A stretch of 64,000 nt of DNA from Nitrosomonadales bacterium (GCA_025408405.1 JANYJE010000015.1:1573-65572); one strand, 5' to 3'. Shown: positions 54,559 through 63,594, counted from the stretch's first letter. Numbers and translations: made by a program. The notes: generated by a model not told the origin, from the letters alone.

Positions 54559-54562
<4 letters not shown>
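53855..54562 (-). CDS. livF: branched-chain amino acid ABC transporter ATP-binding protein
   Basis: 235 aa with Walker A (GSNGAGKTT), the signature LSGGKQQM, and Walker B (LLMLDEPS). Confidence 0.9.
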
Positions 54563-55321
<759 letters not shown>

Positions 55322-55338
<17 letters not shown>

Positions 55339-56443
55339 ACACCGTATCCTGTTCCTGTTGTGCTGCGCCATCCTGCGCCTCCAGCTCGCGCTGGCGCTGG
55401 CTGGAAGGCCACAGGCCGGCGGGGCGCCACAGCATGACCACGATCAATGCCACCCCGAACAGCAGCATGCGCAGGCTTTCCGGATCGATCAGCGTGTTGC
55501 CGAACAATGCCTGCTGCGCGGGACCGGCACCGTTGCGCAGCGCTTCCGGCAGCACGACCAGCAGCACCCCGCCCAGCACCACGCCGCCGATGTTGCCCAT
55601 GCCGCCCAGCACCACCATGCACAGGATCATGATCGACTCCATCAGGCTGAAACTTTCCGGGCTGACAAAGCCCTGAAATCCCGCGAACAAACCGCCCGCC
55701 ACGCCGCCGAAAGTCGCCCCCATGGCAAATGCCAGCAGCTTGATGTTGCGCGTGTTGATGCCCATTGCAGCGGCGGCCACCTCGTCTTCGCGAATCGCCA
55801 TCCAGGCGCGGCCGATGCGCGAATCCTGCAGGCGCAGGGAAACGAAAACCACCAGCAGGGTGAGCGCCAGAAACAGGTAGTAGTACAGGTGCACGGAGGG
55901 CAGGGTCAGACCGAACAACTCATGGCTGCGCCCGAATGAAAATTCCGCAATGCGGATAGCATCGATCTGGCTGATGCCCTGCGGGCCGTTGGTGATGTTG
56001 ATCGGCGCATTCAGGTTGTTGAGGAAGATGCGGATGATTTCACCGAAGCCCAGCGTGACGATGGCCAGGTAGTCGCCGCGCAGCTTGAGTGTGGGCGCAC
56101 CCAGCAAGGCACCGAACACGCACGCCAGCAGAGCGCCGATGGGCAACACGATCCAGAACGGCAGATGCAAACCGAATTGCGGCGAACTCAGCAGCGCATA
56201 GGTGTAAGCACCCACCGCGAAGAAAGCAACATAGCCGAGATCAAGCAGGCCGGCATAGCCCACCACAATATTCAGCCCCAGTGCCAGCATGATGTAGAGC
56301 AGTGCAAAATCGACGATGCGCACCCAGCCGCGCCCGAGTAGCGCATCGGTGGCAAACGGCAACACCAGCAGCAACAGCGCCAGTGCGGCAAAAGCCAGCC
56401 AGGCGTTGCGTTTGTTCGGGCGCATTATTTCCCGAATGTTCAT
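55322..56443 (-). CDS. livM: branched-chain amino acid ABC transporter permease
   Basis: 373-aa polytopic protein with LNIVVGYAGLLDLGYVAFFAVGAY. Confidence 0.9.
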
Positions 56444-56448
56444 TATCT

Positions 56449-56635
56449 AAAAATCCTGTAGAAGCGTTGCGAGCAGGCCGAAGTACAAGGAGCCGCGCAG
56501 TAAGTGACGAGACATACCGTAAGGGTAGGCGAGGAGTGAACGACAACGCAGTTGCGGTGAAGACTTACCTTCAGGTTAGTCATAGCCAACACGAGACGCC
56601 GCAATTTGGTCGCGCAGTGCTTATACTGGATTTTT
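56449..56635. mobile_element. MITE-like non-coding insertion between livH and livM
   Basis: A ~187-bp non-coding block sits where livH and livM normally abut. Its ends are inverted repeats, AAAAATCCTGTAG (56449-56461) and ATACTGGATTTTT (56623-35), matching at 11 of 13 positions. The right arm contains the livH stop codon. Confidence 0.4.
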
Positions 56636-57558
56636 CAGGCACGTTCCGCAACGCGTTCTCCCAGTAATCCCGACGGACGGAATATCAATACCGCGATCAA
56701 TACGATGAAGGCAAACACATCCTGGTAGTTGCTGCCGAACACGCCGCCCGTCAGTTCGCCGCTATAGCCCGCCCCCAGACTCTCGATCAGGCCCAGCATC
56801 ACGCCGCCCAGCATGGCCCCGCGCAAATTACCGATACCGCCGAGAACCGCAGCGGTAAAGGCCTTCAGCCCGAGCATAAAACCCATGTAATAGTGCACGA
56901 TGCCGTAATTGGCGCTGACCATGATGCCCGCCAGCGCCGCCAGTGCCGAGCCCAGCATAAAGGTGGTGGAAATCACGCCATTGATATTCACCCCCATCAG
57001 CGCTGCCGCAGCAGGATTTTCTGCGACCGCGCGCATCGCCCGCCCCAGCCGCGTGCGATGCACCAGCAGCAGCAGGGCCAGCATGACCAGCACGGCAACC
57101 AGCACGATGGCAATCTGCACTTCGTTGATCACCGCGCCGCCCAGACTGTGCGCTACGTTCGGCAGCAGTTGCGGGAAGGCATGGTACTCGCGCCCCCAGA
57201 TGATCATCGCCAGCGTCTGCAGCACGATGGAAACTCCGATTGCGGTGATCAGCGGCGCCAGACGCGGCGCATGCCGCAAGGGGCGATAGGCGATGCGCTC
57301 GATGCCATATCCCAGCGCCATGCACACGCTTACCGCAGCCAGCAGGCTGAGCAACAACACCAGCACGGGCGACAGCGCGCTAGCCAGGAGCGCCTTGATC
57401 ACCACCAGCGCCACCATCGCCCCCACCATCACCACTTCGCCATGCGCAAAGTTGATCAGCCCGAGGATGCCGTACACCATGGTGTAGCCGAGCGCGACCA
57501 GCGCATACACGCTGCCCTGTACCAGGCCGTTGATGATTTGCTGCAACAGAATTTCCAC
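56635..57558 (-). CDS. livH: branched-chain amino acid ABC transporter permease
   Basis: VEILLQQIINGLVQGSVYALVALGYTMVYGILGLINFAHGE aligns with the LivH N-terminus. The GTG start at 57558 is chosen because the upstream track start lies inside a terminator hairpin. Confidence 0.9.
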   Translation of the reverse strand: MEILLQQIINGLVQGSVYALVALGYTMVYGILGLINFAHGEVVMVGAMVALVVIKALLASALSPVLVLLLSLLAAVSVCMALGYGIERIAYRPLRHAPRLAPLITAIGVSIVLQTLAMIIWGREYHAFPQLLPNVAHSLGGAVINEVQIAIVLVAVLVMLALLLLVHRTRLGRAMRAVAENPAAAALMGVNINGVISTTFMLGSALAALAGIMVSANYGIVHYYMGFMLGLKAFTAAVLGGIGNLRGAMLGGVMLGLIESLGAGYSGELTGGVFGSNYQDVFAFIVLIAVLIFRPSGLLGERVAERA

Positions 57559-57569
57559 GCACACCCTAC

Positions 57570-57597
57570 AAAGAAAAAGCGACACAAAGTGTGTCGC
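57570..57597 (-). terminator. intra-operon intrinsic terminator/attenuator between livK and livH
   Basis: The minus strand reads GCGACACA-CTT-TGTGTCGC followed by TTTTTCTTTG, 22 nt after the livK stop. Confidence 0.65.
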
Positions 57598-57618
57598 CCT
57601 GGTTTTTCTGCACCTGCA

Positions 57619-58797
57619 TCAATGCTGCGCAGCGGGTGCGCCACCCACCGTTTCGATGGCATGCCACTTGCCCTGCTGCACCTGATACAAGGTGATCGCG
57701 CCGCCCTTGAGGTCGCCCTTGTCATCGAAGGTGATTTTCGCGGTCACTCCGTCATGGCTGATCCTGGCCAGTTCCGGCAGATATTTTGCCGACTCCGCCG
57801 AGCCCGCCTTCTGCATTGCGTCTATCATCACATTCACGGCGTCGTAGCAATACGGCGCATACAACTGGATCGGCTGCTTGAATTTCGCCTCGTAGCGCTG
57901 CGCAAAGTCGCGCCCGCCTGGCATCTGATCCAGCGGCACCCCTGGCAGGGAAGCGTACATCCCCTCTGCCGCAGCGCCCGCCAACTCAATCAGCTTGGGC
58001 GTGTAACCGCCGTCACCCATCATGAACTTTGCATTCAGTCCGAGCGCCTTGAGCTGCTTGACCAGAGGCACGCCCTGCGGGTCCATGCCGCCATAAAACA
58101 GCAGGTCCGGTTTTTTTCCCTTGATCGAAGTCAGCACCGCAGTGAAGTCCACTGCCTTGTCCGTGGTGTATTCGTGCGCCACGATTTGCGCGCCGCGCGC
58201 CTGGGCGGCCTTGATGAATTCGTCTGCCACCCCCTGGCCGTATGCGGTACGGTCATCGATCACCGCAATGCTTTTTGCCTGCAGTTTTTTTACCGCGAAC
58301 TCACCCAGTACCCGCCCCTGCTGGCCATCGTTGGCCATCACGCGAAAAGCTGTTTTGTAGCCCTGCGCGGTGTAAGCCACGGCAGTGGCGGAAGGAGAAA
58401 TTTGCGCGATGCCATTGTCGTTATAGATTCTGGCTGCAGGGATGCTCGTTCCCGAATTCAGGTGGCCGATCACCCCGTTCACCTTCGCGTCCACCAGCTT
58501 CTGCGCCACGATGGTGGCCGTCTTGGGGTCGGTCTGATCGTCTTCGCTGAGCAACTCGAAGCGCGCACGGCGTCCGCCTATCGTCACGCCTTTGGCATTG
58601 GCGTCTTCTATCGCCATGCGCGTGCCGTTCTCGTTGTCCTTGCCGATATGCGCCTGCGGCCCGGTAAGCGGCGCAGCCGCACCTATCTTCACCACCAGCT
58701 CGTCGCCGGCAGCATGAGGGGCTTCAGATTTACTGCAGGCAAGCAGAGTGGATGCCAGCAAAGCGGATAACAACAGCGTGCTTGAATTACGTAACAT
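57619..58797 (-). CDS. livK: branched-chain amino acid ABC transporter periplasmic substrate-binding protein
   Basis: It has a signal peptide with a lipobox-like LLAC and a type I PBP fold (KIGAAAPLTGPQAHIGKDNENG...VIGHLNSG). The start is set at MLRNSS. Confidence 0.85.
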   Translation of the reverse strand: MLRNSSTLLLSALLASTLLACSKSEAPHAAGDELVVKIGAAAPLTGPQAHIGKDNENGTRMAIEDANAKGVTIGGRRARFELLSEDDQTDPKTATIVAQKLVDAKVNGVIGHLNSGTSIPAARIYNDNGIAQISPSATAVAYTAQGYKTAFRVMANDGQQGRVLGEFAVKKLQAKSIAVIDDRTAYGQGVADEFIKAAQARGAQIVAHEYTTDKAVDFTAVLTSIKGKKPDLLFYGGMDPQGVPLVKQLKALGLNAKFMMGDGGYTPKLIELAGAAAEGMYASLPGVPLDQMPGGRDFAQRYEAKFKQPIQLYAPYCYDAVNVMIDAMQKAGSAESAKYLPELARISHDGVTAKITFDDKGDLKGGAITLYQVQQGKWHAIETVGGAPAAQH

Positions 58798-58879
58798 GAT
58801 GGATAGTGCCCGCAAAATAAGGCTGGGATTATGCGGAGCCCCTGCCCACCTTGTCAATTTTCATGCAGCGCTTGCGTAT

Positions 58880-58910
58880 AAAAAAAGGCCGGCTTGCGCC
58901 GACCTTTTTC
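58880..58910 (-). terminator. rho-independent terminator after the cytochrome c gene
   Basis: The minus strand reads AAAAAGGTCGGC-GCAA-GCCGGCCTTTTTTT, with one mismatch in the stem. Confidence 0.6.
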
Positions 58911-58928
58911 AGAGGCACACCAGTCCTG

Positions 58929-59384
58929 TTACTTGGCCAGGCCGAGTTCGAATTTAATGATCGCCTTGATTTCCTCATCGGGTACAGCTGGCGAGTTAGC
59001 CGGCATAGGCATGGTGCCCCAATTCCCGGCACCGCCCTTGGATACCTTCATAAACAGGCCGGTTTCCAACGGATAATCTTTGCCTGCAAAATTATAGGTG
59101 CTAACGCCTTTGTACTTTTTGGAAACGTCCATCCAGGCCGGCCCGACTACCTTGTGGTCGATTGCATGGCAAGCCGAGCAATTGTTCTTTTTAGCCAGCA
59201 AGGGCATGCCATCTTTGTCTATAACGCCCAACTCCACCTTGCCCGGCGCAGCAGCAGGTGCAGCCGCAGCAGGCGTGGCCGGTGCTGCCGGAGCAGCTGA
59301 AGTTGCCGGAGCTTTGGTCTCACTCTTGCCGCATGCTGAAAGAATAAACGCAGCCATGGTTAATACCACTAATCGTTTAATCAT
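58929..59384 (-). CDS. class I c-type cytochrome lipoprotein (c551/c552-like) with an Ala/Pro-rich linker
   Basis: The signal peptide carries a lipobox (FILSAC). An (A/P)-rich tether follows (APATSAAPAAPATPAAAAPAAAP). The haem motif is CSACH and the distal Met lies in WGTMPMP. Confidence 0.8.
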   Translation of the reverse strand: MIKRLVVLTMAAFILSACGKSETKAPATSAAPAAPATPAAAAPAAAPGKVELGVIDKDGMPLLAKKNNCSACHAIDHKVVGPAWMDVSKKYKGVSTYNFAGKDYPLETGLFMKVSKGGAGNWGTMPMPANSPAVPDEEIKAIIKFELGLAK

Positions 59385-59561
59385 GAGATTGGTTCCTGTA
59401 TTTACAATTGCTGGTTTCATGTTTTTTCCCATTTGTTTAGGTATTAGTACATTGAGCAACGTTTAGCTTCGACTCAGTCGTGCATTCTATACAACCATAC
59501 ACAGTTTACAAGAGCATCCGCGCGGCGCTTTAGGCATGTGCAGCTTGGCAAAACAGCCGCT

Positions 59562-61415
59562 TCATTTTCTTTCCAGCTGCGACACGTCGCGCACCGCGCC
59601 CTTGTCCGCGCTGGTGGTCATCGCCGCATAAGCGCGCAAGGCAGCCGACACTACACGTTCGCGATTTACGGGCTTCCATGCCAGCGCCCCCTTCTCTTCC
59701 ATCAGCAGGCGGCGGTGCGCCAGCTCGCTGTCGGCAATCGCCAGACGAATCGTGCGCTTGGGGATGTCGATCTCGATCGGATCGTTTTCTTGCACCAGGC
59801 CTATCGCGCCGCCTTCGGCCGCCTCGGGTGAGGCGTGGCCTATCGACAGACCCGAGGTGCCGCCGGAGAAGCGCCCGTCGGTCAGCAGCGCGCAGACCTT
59901 GCCCATGCCCTTGGATTTCAGATAGGTGGTCGGGTACAGCATCTCCTGCATGCCTGGCCCGCCCTTGGGGCCTTCGTAGCGGATCACCACCACGTCGCCC
60001 GCCACGATCTTGTCGGCAAGTATGGCCTCGACTGCGCTGTCCTGGCTCTCAAAGATGCGCGCCCGCCCGTGGAATTTCAGGATGCTGGCATCCACACCGG
60101 CGGTCTTTACGATACAGCCGTTCTCGGCGATGTTGCCGTACAGCACGGCCAGCCCCCCGTCCTGCGAATAGGCGTGTTGCTTGTCGCGGATGCAGCCGTT
60201 GGCGCGGTCGTCATCCAGCGTGGGGTAACGCATGGATTGCGAAAATGCGATGGTCGTCGCGATCCCTCCGGGGGCTGCACGGAAAAATGTTTTTACCGCT
60301 TCGTCGCTGCTGCGCTTGATGTCGTATTTTTCCAGCGCCGCACCCAGGGTCTTGCTGTGCACGGTAGGCAAATCGCAATGCAACAGTCCCGCACGATCCA
60401 GCTCGCCCAGGATGCCCATCACACCGCCCGCGCGATGCACATCTTCCATGTGGTATTGCTGCGAGCTCGGCGCCACCTTGGACAGGTGCGGCACATGGCG
60501 CGACAGGCGGTCGATATCCTGCATGGTGAAATCCACCCCGCCTTCGCGCGCGGCGGCGAGCAGATGCAGCACGGTGTTGGTAGAGCCGCCCATGGCGATG
60601 TCCAGATTCATCGCGTTCTCGAACGCCTTGAAGGTGGCGATGCTGCGCGGCAGCACGCTGGCATCGTCCCCTTCGTAATAGCGCCGCGCCAGATTCACCA
60701 CCAGGCGCCCTGCCTCCAGAAACAGCTCCTTGCGATCGGCGTGCGTCGCCAGGAGTGAGCCATTGCCCGGCAGCGACAGGCCCAATGCCTCGGTGAGGCA
60801 GTTCATCGAGTTGGCGGTAAACATGCCGGAGCAGGAACCGCAGGTGGGGCAGGCGGAACGTTCCAGCTCGTTCACCTCGGCGTCGCTGACGCTGCTGTCG
60901 GCGGCGGACACCATCGCATCCACCAGATCCAGCATGATGGTCTTGCCGCCCCAGTTGACCTTGCCCGCTTCCATCGGCCCGCCCGACACAAACACCACCG
61001 GAATATTCAGGCGCATCGCGGCGAGCAGCATGCCCGGGGTGATCTTGTCGCAGTTGGAAATGCACACCAGCGCATCGGCGCAGTGCGCATTCACCATGTA
61101 TTCCACGCTGTCCGCGATCAGCTCGCGTGAAGGCAACGAATACAGCATGCCGCCGTGCCCCATGGCGATACCGTCATCCACCGCGATGGTATTGAACTCC
61201 TTGGCCACCCCGCCCGCCCGCTCGATCTCGCGCGCCACCAGCTGCCCCATGTCTTTCAGGTGCACATGCCCCGGCACGAACTGGGTGAAGGAATTGGCAA
61301 TGGCGATGATGGGCTTGTCGAAGTCGCCGTCTTTCATCCCGGTGGCACGCCACAAGGCGCGAGCACCGGCCATGTTGCGACCGTGGGTGGTAGTGCGTGA
61401 ACGATAGGCTGGCAT
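59562..61415 (-). CDS. ilvD: dihydroxy-acid dehydratase
   Basis: 617 aa with [33 protein letters not shown], and TDGRFSGG. Confidence 0.95.
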   Translation of the reverse strand: MPAYRSRTTTHGRNMAGARALWRATGMKDGDFDKPIIAIANSFTQFVPGHVHLKDMGQLVAREIERAGGVAKEFNTIAVDDGIAMGHGGMLYSLPSRELIADSVEYMVNAHCADALVCISNCDKITPGMLLAAMRLNIPVVFVSGGPMEAGKVNWGGKTIMLDLVDAMVSAADSSVSDAEVNELERSACPTCGSCSGMFTANSMNCLTEALGLSLPGNGSLLATHADRKELFLEAGRLVVNLARRYYEGDDASVLPRSIATFKAFENAMNLDIAMGGSTNTVLHLLAAAREGGVDFTMQDIDRLSRHVPHLSKVAPSSQQYHMEDVHRAGGVMGILGELDRAGLLHCDLPTVHSKTLGAALEKYDIKRSSDEAVKTFFRAAPGGIATTIAFSQSMRYPTLDDDRANGCIRDKQHAYSQDGGLAVLYGNIAENGCIVKTAGVDASILKFHGRARIFESQDSAVEAILADKIVAGDVVVIRYEGPKGGPGMQEMLYPTTYLKSKGMGKVCALLTDGRFSGGTSGLSIGHASPEAAEGGAIGLVQENDPIEIDIPKRTIRLAIADSELAHRRLLMEEKGALAWKPVNRERVVSAALRAYAAMTTSADKGAVRDVSQLERK

Positions 61416-61724
61416 GATGCTGCTTCCAAAATATTAGTGAAGCGGTAATTCTAAACTATGGTGGCGGGGAACGTCTTGGCTTTGGGATTGGAATGGCGAA
61501 GGTATTGCAGACTATTGCTACGCACATGAGTATCGCGTAAGGTTCAGCAAGATTCGGTTTTTAAAGTTTTTTTGCAGTGGTGCTTGTATCCGGAAAATCA
61601 GGGGGTGCCATAATTTCACCTCAAATAAAAACAAGGCATTGCGTGAAGGATGCCAGATTGCACACCTCGAAGGTGCCTTTCCCGGCATTTTTTAGGGTGT
61701 CTACTTTACGTTGGGCCTTTGGAG

Positions 61725-62264
61725 ATGAATGTGGATCTTTCTACACTGAAGGACTGGTTGGTTCCGGTCTCAACTTTTGTAACTCTGATAACAGCCTCGG
61801 TGGGCGGCTGGATGTCCTTGCGAGAGTATCGACTCAAAGTTCAAGCCGAAACGCGCCTTGCCAAGAGCACGGAACTTGAAGCCGATGTGAAGTTGCTCAA
61901 GTTATTTACAGAAATCATGAGCATCGCCCACGCGCGTGGCCAAACACAGCTTTCCGAAAAGTTGATTGAAAAGCTTCTGTCACCCGAAACCATGAAAGAA
62001 CTTGGGGTGACCATAGCCAATCTGCGCCCAGTGCTTGAGAGTGCGGTAATTTCACACCCTGTAGGTATCGCAGCCCAGGATGCAGCCATTGCGGCTATTT
62101 GGGCATTGGGCATCAAACATGAGATCTTGCAGCCAGTCGCGATTCAGGCGCTTACTTCACTGACCGGATTCAAGGAAAAAGTTGCGCGACCTTATCTTGA
62201 GGACTTGAAATCAAAATACAGTGGTAAAGAGCTCGCCAATGCAGAACATGAGAAGCAGGCCTAA
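61725..62264 (+). CDS. hypothetical protein (cassette-borne orphan with an N-terminal TM helix)
   Basis: About 179 aa from the ATG at 61725; a GTG at 61731 is also possible. One hydrophobic helix (LVPVSTFVTLITASVGGWM) is followed by a helical soluble part. Its TAA stop lies inside GCCTAAC of the following attC-like site. I recognise no family. Confidence 0.5.
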   Translation: MNVDLSTLKDWLVPVSTFVTLITASVGGWMSLREYRLKVQAETRLAKSTELEADVKLLKLFTEIMSIAHARGQTQLSEKLIEKLLSPETMKELGVTIANLRPVLESAVISHPVGIAAQDAAIAAIWALGIKHEILQPVAIQALTSLTGFKEKVARPYLEDLKSKYSGKELANAEHEKQA

Positions 62265-62331
62265 CCCTTCGGTCAAGCGGGACGCTCCGCCGGCAAGCCG
62301 GCTGCGCGCCCCTTACCTCCAACGTTGAGGC
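62259..62331 (+). repeat. attC-like recombination site A
   Basis: GCCTAAC...(imperfect palindrome)...AACGTTGAGGC. The ends fit the RYYYAAC / GTTRRRY-like core pattern, and the stop codon of the upstream ORF is embedded in the left core. Confidence 0.5.
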
Positions 62332-62485
62332 TGTAGAAAAACTCAAAATGAAAAAATTGTGTTTGTCATGATTACAAAGCGACCTCTCGGAAAGCTCTGT
62401 ATCGAACGATCTCACATCAGGGAGGGGTTTGATGCCCCCGGAAAATCACACCTTCCGACCCATCATTTGGTTTTTCTACAGCCTC
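62327..62485. repeat. 159-bp repeat module 'X1' bounded by perfect 16-bp inverted repeats
   Basis: GAGGCTGTAGAAAAAC (62327-42) and GTTTTTCTACAGCCTC (62470-85) are perfect inverted repeats. The module is flanked by GTT on both sides. Its ~120-bp core is repeated at ~63376-63495, and a degenerate copy lies at ~61590-61716. Confidence 0.55.
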
Positions 62486-62507
62486 GTTATGCATAGGATA
62501 AGAATCC

Positions 62508-62594
62508 GTGGCGATTTTTGACATCTTCTCAAAGCGGCAGAAAAAACTACGGGGCGAGATACCGGATGTCCACAATTCCATCAACCCGGACTAG
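62508..62594 (+). pseudogene. 5' remnant of a cassette gene (28 codons)
   Basis: From a GTG it reads VAIFDIFSKRQKKLRGEIPDV, then an out-of-context HNSINPD and a stop. The N-terminal string resembles the start of a longer conserved family (possibly AbiJ-N-terminal-domain-like, from memory). An AGGA lies upstream. Confidence 0.3.
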
Positions 62595-62619
62595 CTTACA
62601 GCGGGCTTCGCCCGCCTCT

Positions 62620-62735
62620 AGCCAACCCGGAGACCTCAGGGTCAGATACCTTACATTTGACATGTCAAATGTAAGGCCCTCGCTTTTCCCTACGCCGACA
62701 AGCCGGCTTCGCGCTCCTCAACTCAAACGTTGGAC
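62620..62735 (+). repeat. attC-like site B containing a 28-bp perfect palindrome
   Basis: AGCCAAC...CCTTACATTTGACATGTCAAATGTAAGG (62649-62676)...GACAAGCCGGCTTCGCGCTCCTCAACTCAAACGTTGGAC. The 3' half aligns with the 3' half of site A. Confidence 0.4.
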
Positions 62736-62738
62736 GTC

Positions 62739-62993
62739 TCAATAATGAAAGCGCAACTGGGCAATCATCAATGCATCATTCTCGACGCGATACACCATGC
62801 GATGCTCATCTGTGATTCGGCGTGACCAAAACCCCGAGAGCGCATGCTGCAACGGTTCGGGCTTGCCCACTCCGGTGAAAGGCTCACGCTGTGTCTCCCG
62901 TATTAGCTTGTTGATTCGATCAACCATGCGCTTGTCTTGCTTCTGCCAATACAGGTAGTCTTCCCATGCCTCGTCAGCGAAAATCAGTTTCAC
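62739..62993 (-). CDS. yoeB: YoeB toxin (type II TA, ribosome-dependent mRNA interferase)
   Basis: 84 aa. It is near-collinear with E. coli YoeB: MKLIFADEAWEDYLYWQ...GKPEPLQHALSGFWSRRITDEHRMVYRV...RFHY. Confidence 0.9.
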   Translation of the reverse strand: MKLIFADEAWEDYLYWQKQDKRMVDRINKLIRETQREPFTGVGKPEPLQHALSGFWSRRITDEHRMVYRVENDALMIAQLRFHY

Positions 62994-63241
62994 TTGGACA
63001 GCTTCCGCTCAACGCCTTTGCCAGAGTTCAGTTGTGCGGCAGCCGCGAGAAGGCGCTTCGCGTTGGCGGGTGTGCGCAACAGGTAGGCAGTCTCCTCCAG
63101 CGCCTTGTAGTCTTCGAGGGAGAGCATCACGACGGACTGTTCTCCGTTGCGAGTAATAATCAAAGCTTCGTGGTCGTCACAAACGCGATCCATGGCGCTG
63201 GCGAGATTCGCGCGAACGGTGGTATAGCTAATTGCATCCAT
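62990..63241 (-). CDS. yefM: YefM antitoxin (Phd/YefM family)
   Basis: 83 aa with MDAISYTTVRANLASAMDRVCDDHEALIITRNG...SLEDYKALEETAYLL. An AAGGAG SD is present and its stop overlaps the yoeB start. Confidence 0.9.
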   Translation of the reverse strand: MDAISYTTVRANLASAMDRVCDDHEALIITRNGEQSVVMLSLEDYKALEETAYLLRTPANAKRLLAAAAQLNSGKGVERKLSK

Positions 63242-63250
63242 AGCGGGGCT

Positions 63251-63280
63251 CCTTGTATATGTACGTGTTACTGTACGCCG
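63251..63280 (-). promoter_or_regulatory. candidate yefM-yoeB operator/promoter with GTAC-core repeats
   Basis: The + strand reads CCTTGTATATGTACGTGTTACTGTACGCCG, immediately upstream of yefM. It contains two TGTAC cores about 12 bp apart, as in the E. coli yefM operator (from memory). Confidence 0.4.
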
Positions 63281-63311
63281 CAAATAGCAAGCTGTCCAGT
63301 GCAACGGCGCC

Positions 63312-63502
63312 GCCCAACCCTGCATTCGAGCGCTCAGAACCTCAGGGTCACGTACCTCAGCTCAAATGGTGTCTGCTATGAATACAAAACGACCTCTCAA
63401 AACGAGCTGTATTCGACGATCTCACTTCGGGGAGGGGTTGCGTGACCCCGTAAAAATGCACCTGCCAACCCCTTGTCTAGTTTTTCTACAGCGTCGTTAG
63501 GC
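63312..63502 (+). repeat. attC-like site C plus repeat module 'X2'
   Basis: GCCCAAC (63312-18)...ACCTCAGGGTCA... followed by the X core (63376-63495), ending ...GTTTTTCTACAGCGTC-GTTAGGC (63496-63502). X2 lacks the left 16-bp arm seen in X1. Confidence 0.4.
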
Positions 63503-63541
63503 GTCTTGATCCCCAGGCCTTCCTGTAGCGCGTATGGTCGC

Positions 63542-63569
63542 TTGACAAGCGTACGCAATGGCGTACTAT
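63542..63569 (+). promoter_or_regulatory. sigma70-like promoter with an embedded GCGTAC direct repeat (candidate antitoxin operator)
   Basis: TTGACA-N16-TACTAT. The spacer contains GCGTAC-GCAATG-GCGTAC. An AAGGAG SD lies 6 nt before the ATG at 63595. Confidence 0.5.
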
Positions 63570-63594
63570 TTAGGCTTCTTTGAAGGAGCATGAA

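Noticed and set aside
56893-58770. 625-aa + strand ORF spanning livH and livK in antisense; similar ORFs at 53956-55437 and 55358-55939
   Set aside because: These are His/Arg/Gln-rich nonsense compositions that cross two real genes and a terminator. The liv genes on the minus strand have unambiguous ABC and permease motifs.
61416-61724. Search for an intI remnant or attI between ilvD and the first cassette
   Set aside because: About 300 bp are available and no frame shows tyrosine-recombinase motifs (R..H..R..Y boxes). The region contains only small hairpins and a degenerate X-like repeat. Absence of the integrase is therefore reported rather than a pseudogene call.
61650-61724. Longer start (MPDCTPRRC...) for the first cassette ORF
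   Set aside because: The extension would cross the GTTGGGC core-like site and the degenerate X copy. The hydrophobic N-terminus begins after the internal ATG/GTG at 61725/61731.
62170-62415. 81-aa minus-strand ORF across attC-like site A and module X1; similarly 63397-63738 across X2
   Set aside because: They run through repeat and recombination-site sequence and, for the second, antisense through the antitoxin gene. The two X copies do not conserve a common reading frame.
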